Source: Dendrobates tinctorius (Eukaryota). From it: a DNA stretch of 64,000 bases. Of this stretch, positions 50,401-60,227 are shown piece after piece. The notes beneath the pieces were generated by a model, which saw nothing but the letters and a program-made list of their open reading frames with translations, was not told where the DNA came from and searched no databases. Where the stretch lies: positions 65,162,001-65,226,000 of the forward strand of contig NW_027361684.1 of assembly GCF_039654945.1 (NCBI RefSeq), given 5' to 3'. Within the stretch, counting starts at the first letter, position 1. The number at the start of each line of letters is the position of its first letter. A program made the position numbers and the translations under genes.

Positions 50401-51023
50401 TGGCCAGCATCCTGGATCCACGCTATAAAGGCAAATTACAAAACATCATGCCACAGGAGAACCTTGACCTAATATTGGCTAATAAACAAGCAACTCTGGT
50501 AAATCGGTTGCTTGAGGCATTCCCAGCACACAGCAGCGGTGATGGTTCTCACACGAGCCGTACGGGCCGGGGGCAGCTTGGCAGAGGTGTTCGTGGTGCA
50601 CACAGCAGAAGTGGCGTTGGAGACAGGGGTTTCATGACAATGTTGTGGACTGATTTTTCAAATACCGCTCACACAACTGGTAATACTGCATCGATGGAAA
50701 GTGACAGGAGACAGCAGTTGTCAGCTATGGTTACAAACTACTTTTCCTCCCATATCGATGTTCTCCCACACAGGTCATTCCCCTTTGACTATTGGGCCGC
50801 TAAACTGGACACCTGGCCTGAATTGGCCCAATATGCCTTACAGGAGCTCGCTTGCCCAGCTGCAAGTGTGCTATCGGAAAGAGTCTTCAGTGCAGCTGGA
50901 TCAATCCTGACAGAAAAAAGGACCCGTCTGTCAACCCAAAATGTGGATGATCTAACCTTCATTAAAATGAACCACGCATGGGTTTCCAAGGATTTTGTCC
51001 CACCTTCCCCTGATGACACATAG
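47487..51023 (+). CDS. hAT transposase (BED zinc finger, DDE RNase H fold, hATC domain), 1178 aa
   Basis: SAVWHFF...CKKC...LRHLTSMH BED finger; LTTDAWS, VSDNG, CLAH, TRWNS and SVLSERVFS motifs; no stop or frameshift. Confidence 0.93.
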   Translation: MRKAGGRGRGIGRGLAAGNDGGSDGSGKSKIGPNAGGADPASSSGYIRPRTLSFLGVGKPLLKAEHQEKVLSYIADSASSSIASSSSVVKSKSTESSLEAHVHEPHLSLCPSPQPRLKDDAGHTTDYSMELFSHTMPGLSSEMVNYPGQDESDMECTDAQPLMDDSAGTFTQSTTLSSQCTEPDSDPDETQVPLLAHYTTIHGDTEEGAHDIEEEMMDDPVVDPDWHPLGEEGAASNSSDEEHPQQTSTSQQLLSGRPGALQRQVPNIKRVAGQLVQRVKRSQCARPQNVCQSRKSAVWHFFKQNPHDQAKVICKKCAKTFSRGKNMKNLNTSCMLRHLTSMHLQAWTQHQTSSATCATDHNEGSQQRYIVSPTVSPPVSTAANVEVSLQDHSSQGIPLLYQRKTDSRPSERTPTPSPSSTLSQSALSTATSTICSSQVQLTLPDTMSRSRKYSVSHPRTLGLNAHIAKLISFEMMPFRLVESTAFRELMAYAVPRYDLPSRHFFSRKAIPALHHHVKDRIVHALKQSVSGKVHLTTDAWSSRHCQGRYVSITAHWVNVVDAGSTGDSGGGTVLPSPRYRKQLAVGVRPSSSSSSSSRSESSSTERSRTSTPSAAATVAHDVSPYRAASGKRQQAVLQMMCLGDRHTAEVLAEYLKRQTESWLGSVHLEAGKVVSDNGRNSVAAIALSKLSHIPCLAHTLNLVVQCFLKNYPELTALLQKVRSLCAHIRRSPVHSVRMQKLQRLLHLPNHRLIIDIATRWNSTLHMVERLCEQRQAIMHLWEDTRPGTLRADMELTGVQWSKLKDLCKVLQCFEECTRLVSADDAILSMSIPLMRLLMQTLTHLKEQTSAANVDEEEEEEGILDDIQPLSAQGPLLDEVEEEEEEEEDDGDDYLGEEDASRGASENVGVARSGTGFVRDWRDVDLPESAPPPSTRSASLTPGTLAHMSDYALRILKRDPRIAKMMNDDDYWLASILDPRYKGKLQNIMPQENLDLILANKQATLVNRLLEAFPAHSSGDGSHTSRTGRGQLGRGVRGAHSRSGVGDRGFMTMLWTDFSNTAHTTGNTASMESDRRQQLSAMVTNYFSSHIDVLPHRSFPFDYWAAKLDTWPELAQYALQELACPAASVLSERVFSAAGSILTEKRTRLSTQNVDDLTFIKMNHAWVSKDFVPPSPDDT

Positions 51024-51443
51024 GGTGACAGAAAAATGGCTTGCTTTGGTCCACCTCTTCCTGGTACTTCACCTATTTCGCCTTTTGCATCAGCTGAATG
51101 TCCAACATCAACATATGCCACTTTCTAAAACTCCCTAACTGTGCTGCCTCCCCCCCCATGGCCGGGGTCACCACCTACCGCACGACACCGTGCGAGTGCC
51201 GTTGCCCTGGACAGGTGGGTAGGCCGACTCTTGGGCGCGGGCACTGGCACAGGGTCCCTCATAGTGCAATCAAGTGTCTCTGACGGTGGTGGTGCACACC
51301 CGCCGTCAGACACACCGCTGTACTATGAGGGGCCCAGTGCCAGTACCGACGCCCACGAGTGGGCCCCCCTTGCTTGGGCAGGGCCCCAGCATTTGCAATC
51401 TTTACCTCTCCCTGCTCCTCCGCTGTGTAATCTGGGCCGTCAA

Positions 51444-53058
51444 ATCCATACTGTGCCTGACACCGTCTGAGCCTGCCTCCTGAGACATATATTTTGAATG
51501 TGTACGCTATCCATACATGTTATCCGGGGATACGGTACCCTTTCTAACCTTTGTGCAATCACGTGCAATCCATACTGTGCCTGACACCGTCTGAGCCTGC
51601 CTCCTGAGACATATATTTTGAATGTGTACGCTATCCATACATGTTATCCAGGGATACGGTACCCTTTCTAACCTTTGTGCAATCACGTGCAATCCATACT
51701 GGGCCTGACACCGTCTGAGCCTGCCTCCTGAGACATATATTTTGAATGTGTACGCTATCCATACATGTTATCCAGGGATACGGTACCCTTTCTAACCTTT
51801 GTGCAATCCATACTGGGCCTAACACCGTCTGAGCCTGCCTCCTGAGACATATATTTTGAATGTGTACGCTATCCATACATGTTATCCGGGGATACGGTAC
51901 CCTTTCTAACCTTTGTGCAATCACGTGCAATCCATACTGGGCCTAACACCATCTGAGCCTGCCTCCTGAGACATATATTTTGAATGTGTACGCTATCCAT
52001 ACATGTTATCCGGGGATACGGTACCCTTTCTAACCTTTGTGCAATCACGTGCAATCCATACTGTGCCTGACACCGTCTGAGCCTGCCTCCTGAGACATAT
52101 ATTTTGAATGTGTATGCTATCCATACATGTTATCCAGGGATACGGTACCCTTCCTAACCTTTGTGCAATCACGTGCAATCCATACTGGGCCTGACACCGT
52201 CTGAGCCTGCCTCCTGAGACATATATTTTGAATGTGTACGCTATCCATACATGTTATCCAGGGATACGGTACCCTTTCTAACCTTTGTGCAATCACGTGC
52301 AATCCATACTGGGCCTAACACCGTCTGAGCCTGCCTCCTGAGACATATATTTTGAATGTGTACGCTATCCATACATGTTATCCGGGGATACGGTACCCTT
52401 TCTAGCCTTTGTGCAATCACGTGCAATCCATACTGTGCCTGACACCGTCTGAGCCTGCCTCCTGAGACATATATTTTGAATGTGTACGCTATCCATACAT
52501 GTTATCCAGGGATACGGTACCCTTTCTAACCTTTGTGCAATCACGTGCAATCCATACTGGGCCTAACACCGTCTGAGCCTGCCTCCTGAGACATATATTT
52601 TGAATGTGTACGCTATCCATACATGTTATCCGGGGATACGGTACCCTTTCTAACCTTTGTGCAATCACGTGCAATCCATACTGGGCCTAACACCGTCTGA
52701 GCCTGCCTCCTGAGACATATATTTTGAATGTGTACGCTATCCCTACATGTTATCCGGGGATACGGTACCCTTTCTAACCTTTGTGCAATCACGTGCAATC
52801 CATACTGTGCCTGACACCGTCTGAGCCTGCCTCCTGAGACATATATTTTGAATGTGTACGCTATCCATACATGTTATCCAGGGATACGGTACCCTTTCTA
52901 ACCTTTGTGCAATCACGTGCAATCCATACTGGGCCTGACACCGTCTGAGCCTGCCTCCTGAGACATATATTTTGAATGTGTACGCTATCCATACATGTTA
53001 TCCAGGGATACGGTACCCTTTCTAACCTTTGTGCAATCACGTGCAATCCATACTGGGC
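51444..53058 (+). repeat. 124-bp tandem array (13 copies plus a partial) in the hAT 3' region
   Basis: Units start at 51444, 51568, 51692, 51806 (after a 10-bp-deleted unit), then every 124 bp to 53046. Confidence 0.95.
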
Positions 53059-53912
53059 GTGAGAACGGCTGGCGAGCTGTTAAGCAAGCTACAGCACCTA
53101 TCCAGACAAGTACAGGGATTCCCTAGCGAGGAGACTTATTTGATTGTTTTCAATGTTTGGACAGCAATTTTTGGGGAGCACTATACTCTGGAGAATGATA
53201 GATGGGGTCCACCATACACTGGAACATTCCAAAGGTGGACATCAGACACTGGAGCAGCATTTACAGGGCCCATTATACACTAGAGCATTAGAAATGGGGC
53301 CCATTATGTTTGGAGCATTATTTGGGCTCATAAGACAGTGGAGCTTCATCCATGGGGACCAACATATACTGTAGCATTATGTGGAGCTCATCATATACTG
53401 TTTCAAACATTATATGGGACCAATGATTCTGTATGGAGAAATAGATGGGCCTCGTCATGAGATGTAAAAAGTGAGGTATTTTTCATTGTACTATACCGCT
53501 ATTTATCTGCCGTATCGGAGCATGATGAGTTGTGGTATGTGTTAAAGGGGCGCTCTTTCGCCCAGGGCACATGAAAACCTGCAGCCAGCCCTCCCCCCCC
53601 ACAACTTTAGCCAAATAACCCCCATTTTTCAGTGCGTAACTTGTATTATGAAGTTAATTAAGGTTGACAAACTTAAGTAAGAAGAATTGATGCTTTTGGC
53701 ATTCAAATGGGCACTGTAGATGTGTTTCCTGTCCTCCTCTCACTGCCGACTTTTATTCCCCATTGACTTACATTGGGTTTCGTGTTTCGGGACGACCCCG
53801 ACTTTTCCCTATAATCGGACGATCTTGCTCGACCCGACTTTTGGAAAAGTCGGGTTTCACGAAACGAAACGCGACCCTAAAAAACCAAAAGTCGCTCAAC
53901 TCTAGTCGTCAC

Positions 53913-54730
53913 CTATAGATATACCCACTATCATAAAAGCAAACTAGCATGAAGTTAAAAATACCTCCCAACACTCATGAAGTGCACAAAACAGCCTCCT
54001 GGACCACAAAGCAACCATTCCCTCACAGATTCGAACGCTGTCCACATGGACCAGCCGCGCATCTTTCCGAACCCCCAGACAAACACACTACCACCCTAGT
54101 GCACCCGAAACCATACGTAGCAACACCCTTCCCAACCAATATAATCTAGACATTAATAAAGGTTTAAGTGTGCCTTAGTAAGCCTTACTTACTATAGATA
54201 TACCCACTATCATGAAAACAAACTAGCATGAAAATAAAAACCACCCAACACTCATGAAGTGCACAAAACGGCCTCCTGGACCACAAAGCAACCATTCCCT
54301 CGCAGATTCGAACGCTGGCCACATGGACCAGCCGTGCATAGTTCCGAACCCCCGTAACAAACCAACTACCACCCTAGTGCGAAACCATATGTAGCAACAC
54401 CCTTCCCAACGAATATAACCTAGACATAATAAAGGTTTAAGTGTGCCTTAGTGAGCCTTACTTACTATAGATATACCCACTATCATGAAAACAAACTAGC
54501 ATGAAAATAAAACCACCCAACACTCATGAAGTGCACAAAACAGCCTCCTGGACCAAAAGCAACCATTCCCTCACAGATTCGAACGCTGGCAACATGGACC
54601 AGCCGTGTATCATTCCGAAACCCCGTGACAAACCAACTACTACCCTAGTGCGAAACCATACGTAGCAACACCCTTCCCAACCAATATAATCTAGACATTA
54701 ATAAAGATTTAAGTGAGCCTTACTTACTAG
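53913..54730 (+). repeat. ~275-bp tandem repeat, 3 copies
   Basis: CTATAGATATACCCACTATCAT anchor at about 53913, 54192 and 54465. Confidence 0.85.
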
Positions 54731-56520
54731 GCTGACTCCGCGGAACCCCACGGAACAGCCATCACGTGTCCTCCGCGTCGAGCACCGCAACTACGATCTT
54801 CTCCATGGATCTACGCCGACTGCAGCCCTCCTGGGCCGCAGCGCCAGCGCCCAGACCGACTGTCCGTCCGGGAACGCATAGCAAAAAGTCACCGGCTCGG
54901 AGCCTCAAACCGGGGGGGAGTTTGGCGCTCCAGCCGCAGGCAACACCTCCTGAATCTGGCACCCAACGCCGGGGGAATGCGACGCCGGACCACATGACCT
55001 GTGGCCCTTGGCAGCTGAAGGGTGGCCACATGACCGAGCCACCGCCCGCTTCCCCCCAGCGCCGCAAGAAATGAAATGAGGCCAGTGATGTCACACACCA
55101 CCTCGCCACTGGGCTCCTTGCCGCGTCACGTCACCGCCGTCCACCGATGCTGATGACCGCGCCGGGTCAGGTGACCACGCCGGGTAACGTGGCCGTGACG
55201 TGTGCGTCACCACTGTGTGCCGCGATCCGAAATGGAGGGGAGGCCGGCCACGTCACTCACCGCCCCGCTACCTTGCTGCCTGCTTCTCGACTTCTGGCTC
55301 CGGCCCCGCGATGTCTTCTGCAACAGGTCTGCTAATGGGGCTCATCCTCCGCTGCAAACTTAACTCCGGGCTGAGGTGCTCAGGAGGCTGTGATCGTCGC
55401 TGCCGCTTCGGAGGCAGAGGTGTCCCATCTTCTCCGCCGTCGCCATCACCGGACCATCGCTGCAGCTGTTCCTTCATCCACTGCTGGCCGCGCTGCTCCA
55501 TCATCCTCTTCATCTGTGCCACGAGGTATTCCATCTTCTGGATCCAAAGATTCAAGCTGAAGTCCCAGATGTGAGGGGCTGACGATTCCGGACGTCTGCA
55601 AGGTAAGGAATGACCATCCCCCCACAGTTCTGCCCTATATATCCATCCCACAACTGACCACTCCCTGCCAACTCACATTGCACCATAAGCCCCATAGCTC
55701 CAACCCACACCTTCCCCACAAACACAAAAGCACTACACCTTAACCCTTCACTAACCCTCAGGCCTCGCATCCCTCCTTAATCATGTGCGCCCTCCCTGTA
55801 GCCCCTTTGGGGCAGGCGTCCGGGCTTGCCTTTAGCATTATTTTAGCATTATTTTTCACCACTTAAATAAAAAAAGAACCTAGACATGTCTAGTGTATGT
55901 GACCTTGTAATGACCTGAAGAATTATAATGGCAGGTCAGTTTTAGCTTTTAGTGATCATGGTAAAAAAAAAAAAAAAACAACTGTGGAATTGCACTTTTT
56001 TTTTTGCAATTTCACCGCACTTGGAATTTTTTTTCCCCATTTCCTGTTTCCAGTACAGGACACAATATGTTAAAACCAATGGTGTCATTCAAAAATACAA
56101 CTCGTCCTACAAAAAACAAGCCCTCACATGGCCGTTTTCACCAAAAATTAAAAAGTTATGGCTCTGGGATAAGGGGAGTAAAAAACTATAACGCAAAAAC
56201 TAAAATACTTTTGGTCATTAAGGGGTTAAACATGAATTTAAATTAGGAGTACTAAGGTACAGTATGTTTTCTCCTGTCTTCATTGTGCCTGAATAATTAA
56301 ACAATGTTTTGCCAAGAGGAATTAAGGAAGACAAATAATCACTGCCCTCAGCATTTCCTGCTCAGAAAAGTGATTATTATCCTTCATGACCATTCAACTA
56401 CGCCTGAAAACACAATTTCAGTAACAGTAATACTGCACTCTATGGAATACAACATGTAATAGGCACCTCCACCCACCATTTATTGTGCCGGTCTTCCATA
56501 TGAATAAAAAACTGGAGTTT

Positions 56521-57150
56521 GAACTAAGAAAGTAAGTTAATGTGTATGCACAATGTGAGTGCATATTAACACATGACCATTAACCACAGAAAACAAAAAG
56601 CAAAAAACACAAATATTCTGAAATAAAAAAGTAAAAAAATATTACTTATTATTACCTTTTTGCATTATTTGCAGTTTATTTTTTACTTTTTTATTTTAGG
56701 ATATTTGTGTTTTTTGCTCTTTGTTTTCTCTGGTTAATGATCATGTGTTAATATGCACTCACATTGTGCATACACATTAACTTACTTTCTCAGTTCAGAT
56801 TTGTTTTTTATTCATTTCATTGTGCATTCTGTGCATATATGGGTGTGACCACCCTCTTTCTGAGCTGGGAAAACCATCCAGTTTGGCCAATGCTTTCCTG
56901 GCGGTTCAGTTGCTCGATCCTTGTTCACATTCACGTCACTTGGCAAGTGGAAAGGTTTTAAATACTAGAGTAGGACTGTCCCACATGGGTTGCCTTGATG
57001 AGGCGGGATGGCTTGTACATTATTTTGATCAAAATTATGTTTACTAAATACCCTTATTATTATTATGACCTTTATGCATTATTTGCAGTTTATTTTTACT
57101 TTTTTAGTTTACGATATTTGTGTTTTTTGCTTTTTGTTTTCTTCCTATGG
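56521..57150. mobile_element. Penelope-like remnant (inverted plus direct partial repeats)
   Basis: ~120-bp arms inverted around 56640-56680; the right arm recurs as a direct repeat at 57055-57145. Confidence 0.45.
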
Positions 57151-58813
57151 CAGAGGAGTTTTTGGCTCATCTCAGACACCAGGACCAACGGGCTCCTTCT
57201 GAAAATCCTATAGCAATACCGGTATACCATTAGGAGTTCTTTCATACTTCATGATTTTTGTCTTTATTTTTGTGTTCGGATGGGCTACCAAGAATCAGTA
57301 TTGTATTCGATGTTGCCTAATATCGTATGTCTCTCATTAAATTATGTTCAGCATAATTACATTTAATGATCTGTCATTTTTTAGTGATTGTGCGCCCACG
57401 ATAGTTTAATGGCTCCAATCTCTTTTATTCATTGGTTTACTGTCCTTTTTCCTCATTCCACATGGGCGTTTTTTATTACCTTTATAAGACAATTTTTCTT
57501 CTTTCTTTTTCTAGATTAATTGGAAATACACTGACCAAAAAGTTCTAAATGTATATGTTTTTGGTACATAATGTGTTCAGCTAGTGTTCATTGATGACCG
57601 TTGGAGGACATTCACACTTTGAGGCAGTGGTATTGGGTGACTCACAGGAGAAGACAGAAATGGTTGCAAATAGCTTCTAGGTCCTCTTCAGGATCCTCAG
57701 CTGAGGACCTGACCTGCTCCTGCTAGATAACAAGAGCTTTAATTTAGCAAAGACATCTCTGTAGCCCCTCCACTTACAATCATATGATGCTTCAGCATTG
57801 TTTCAGCTCAGTATCACCAGAACAGCAAGAAACCATTCAATTCTTCACCTATACTCGATACTTAATATCTAGAGGTCTTGTACGCTGGAGGCAAATACAA
57901 AGCAGAAATGAAAACTAATGTGATTTCCACGTAATAAACAATAAGGGAAGTTTAAGGATTAACCAATATGTGAGATTTCTTCTTCCTCATTATCTTTCTC
58001 CCTTCCTTATTTTTTTAAAAAAAAACCATAACCAACATGCTGAAATCAACATCATTTGAAAATATCACTTTTGCATTATATAAAATAAAAGCATTGTCAA
58101 TCCATCTACCACAAAACTAATGTCATAGAGCAGGAGGAAGAAACGCGGGAAACGATTCAGTAAAATTTTCATTTTATTCATTGAAAACCCTGGTGTTTGT
58201 ATGTATAGGAGTCCAGTGGGCGGTCCTATTCTGTGATTGACAGTCTTTCCGGTATGACTGTGCATGCGGAGATACTGCAGCTGTCAATCACTAGTCGCAG
58301 TTGTGCTCAGCTTCTGTTTCTGCTTCTCTATGCTGTGAGAGTCCAGATCGCACTGAAGGTACAATGTGGATAACAAGAAAAAAAACAATTCCGCAGTTGG
58401 GTGTTTTTTCTATGGCTGACATTGTGTGATTAAAGGCAGTCTGTCATCAGGCTTTTCTATCTCAAACTAGTGTCATCTGTGTATGGGCACTGCAATGCTG
58501 ATTGATTATTCATAGCTTTCCATTAAAAATCTATCTGTCTTTATGAGAGGATTGTACTGTTGAGTAGTTAAGAAAATGATCTGCAGGTGAAGTATGCAAA
58601 CTTGTCTAGTTTCCCTCCCTGCCCCTACCGCCACTCTCTTATCAGTGATTGACAGGTCACTTTTCTTTCAGTGACCTTACTGTCCTGTTCGCAATCTAGT
58701 GGAAGTAAATCTTATGATGTCAATCCCAGTAAAGATGGATGCACAGAAAGCTCCTAATGAGGAAGACTCTCAGTGTCTGGTGCACTCAGCATAGTTTGCA
58801 CATCGGGCCTTAA

Positions 58814-59175
58814 GCCCCCTTATCACATAGCGAGATCGCTAGCGAGATCGCTGAAGCATCACGGATTTTGTGACGCAACAGCTATCTCACTTTGTGTGAT
58901 GCAGCAGCGACCGGCTCCCCCACTGGATATCGCTGATCGTGCGCTAAAGGCCTGGGAGATCTCTTCATCGATGCAGAACTCAGGACGCAGGCTGGAATCG
59001 TTTAGAAACGCTGCTGTGTGACAAGGTGCCGAGGATCGCTAGTTGGTTGCTCCGTCGCTGAAGAGATCTGCTTGTTTGGCTGCTCACTAGCGATCATTTA
59101 GCGACAAACCAGCGATCCTTACCAGGTCGTATCGTTGTCGGGATTGCTGGTGCATCGCTAAGTGAGACGGGACCC
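58814..59175. mobile_element. Palindromic Harbinger-type MITE
   Basis: taa/tta flanks, TCACATAGCGA / TCGCTAAGTGA termini, AGCGAT-rich body. Confidence 0.65.
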
Positions 59176-59273
59176 TTACACTGGCTGTCTTTTTCACTAG
59201 GTACTGGTACAGCAGTGAAGAAGCAACTGTTCACTCACTCCCGTGCTTGTCTTCCTAGTGAAGAAGACTATAA

Positions 59274-59470
59274 GGCCAGGGTCAGACTTGCGAGAAACTT
59301 GCACGAGTCTCGTATCTTAATACCCGGCACTGCCGCTGGCACTCGGGTCCGGAGTGCGCGTCTGCATGTATTTCTATGCAGCCGAGCGCTCCGGTCCCGA
59401 GTGCTGGCGGCAGTGTCGGGTATTGACATGTGAATACTCGTGCGAGTTTCTCGCAAGTCAGTCACCGGCC
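59274..59470. mobile_element. Short near-perfect palindromic MITE
   Basis: TAA TSD on both sides, GGCC..GACTTGCGAGAAACT / AGTTTCTCGCAAGTC..GGCC. Confidence 0.8.
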
Positions 59471-59554
59471 TAAGTGTCACTGTCAGTTAATTATGCAGTC
59501 TTCCAGAAAAATGAGGAAGACTGTACATTTATATATAAATTGAAAATTATTGAA

Positions 59555-60015
59555 GGAGAACCTGTCATGTCCCAAAACAATATTAACCCACAGATATAGG
59601 GCTACAAAGTTGTGTGGCCACTGTACTGAAACACAGATACTGGGAGGAAAGTAACCTTATTCCTCCAAGCAGCCTCTGGCTTTCAGTCATAAAAGTGCGG
59701 CCAGCGCAGCCTCAGTCACTGCTCAGTACATCGTGAGCAACAGTTGTAAGCTCAACTTAGCACATTGACCTGCAGAATCTCAATGCTGTCAGTCAGTGTC
59801 GGTGCGTGCTAACAGCTGCCGTTCCTTGTGGACTGAGAAGTGACCGAAGACACGCCAGCCATGCTGCTCTGACTTAAAGCTGGAGGCTGCAGGAAGGAGT
59901 AATGTCCATTTCCTCCCAATAGTCTTACCTCTAGTAAGGTGGCCATGCAGATTTCAAACACTGTTAACCTATTGATTAACCCCATATCTGCTGGTTAGTA
60001 GTGTTTCAGTTCCCT
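59555..60015. mobile_element. T2-type MITE, degenerate
   Basis: GGAGAACCTGTCATG start, GTTCCCT-ttaa end; body resembles 12640-12969. Confidence 0.55.
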
Positions 60016-60128
60016 TTAAAAAAAAATATACAATATATAAATACAAAATCTTGCCCCATCACTGTTTGGACCATTCACAAGCACAATTATTAATTTTATG
60101 CACTGTCTATGGAGTCCAATACATATCA

Positions 60129-60227
60129 CAGTATATCACAAAAGTGATTACGCCCCTCACATTTTTGTAAATATTTTATTATATCTTTTCATGGGACAAC
60201 ATTGAAGATATGACACTTTGATACACT
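60129..60227. mobile_element. Tc1 TIR fragment of the same family as 27924-29394
   Basis: CAGTATATCACAAAAGTGATTAC...GATATGACACTTT matches 27924-28020. Confidence 0.75.

Larger units (their letters stand above)
46306..53904 (+). mobile_element. Full-length autonomous hAT DNA transposon
   Basis: 13-bp perfect TIRs TAGAGTTGAGCGA / TCGCTCAACTCTA; perfect 8-bp TSD GTCGTCAC (46298-46305 and 53905-53912); intact transposase ORF. Confidence 0.95.
42615..55832 (-). mobile_element. Possible non-autonomous DIRS/Ngaro-derived retroelement
   Basis: Minus-strand TATA near 55636, ORF MEYLVAQMKRMMEQRGQQWMKEQL...KRQRRSQPPEHLSP resembling (from recall) amphibian YR-retrotransposon ORF1 N-termini, AATAAA near 42738, strongly C/A-skewed interior; no RT or YR recognised. 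Confidence 0.4.
41950..56225 (+). mobile_element. TTAA-flanked (piggyBac-like) non-autonomous element, left end lost, split by later insertions
   Basis: Right end GGTCATTAAGGGG-ttaa; segments 41950-42610 and 55840-56225 resemble the fragment at 29430-30420 and read as continuous. Confidence 0.55.

Noticed and set aside
51444-53058. CRISPR-like array or repeated 61-aa peptides
   Set aside because: Contiguous units with no unique spacers, no cas genes, eukaryotic context
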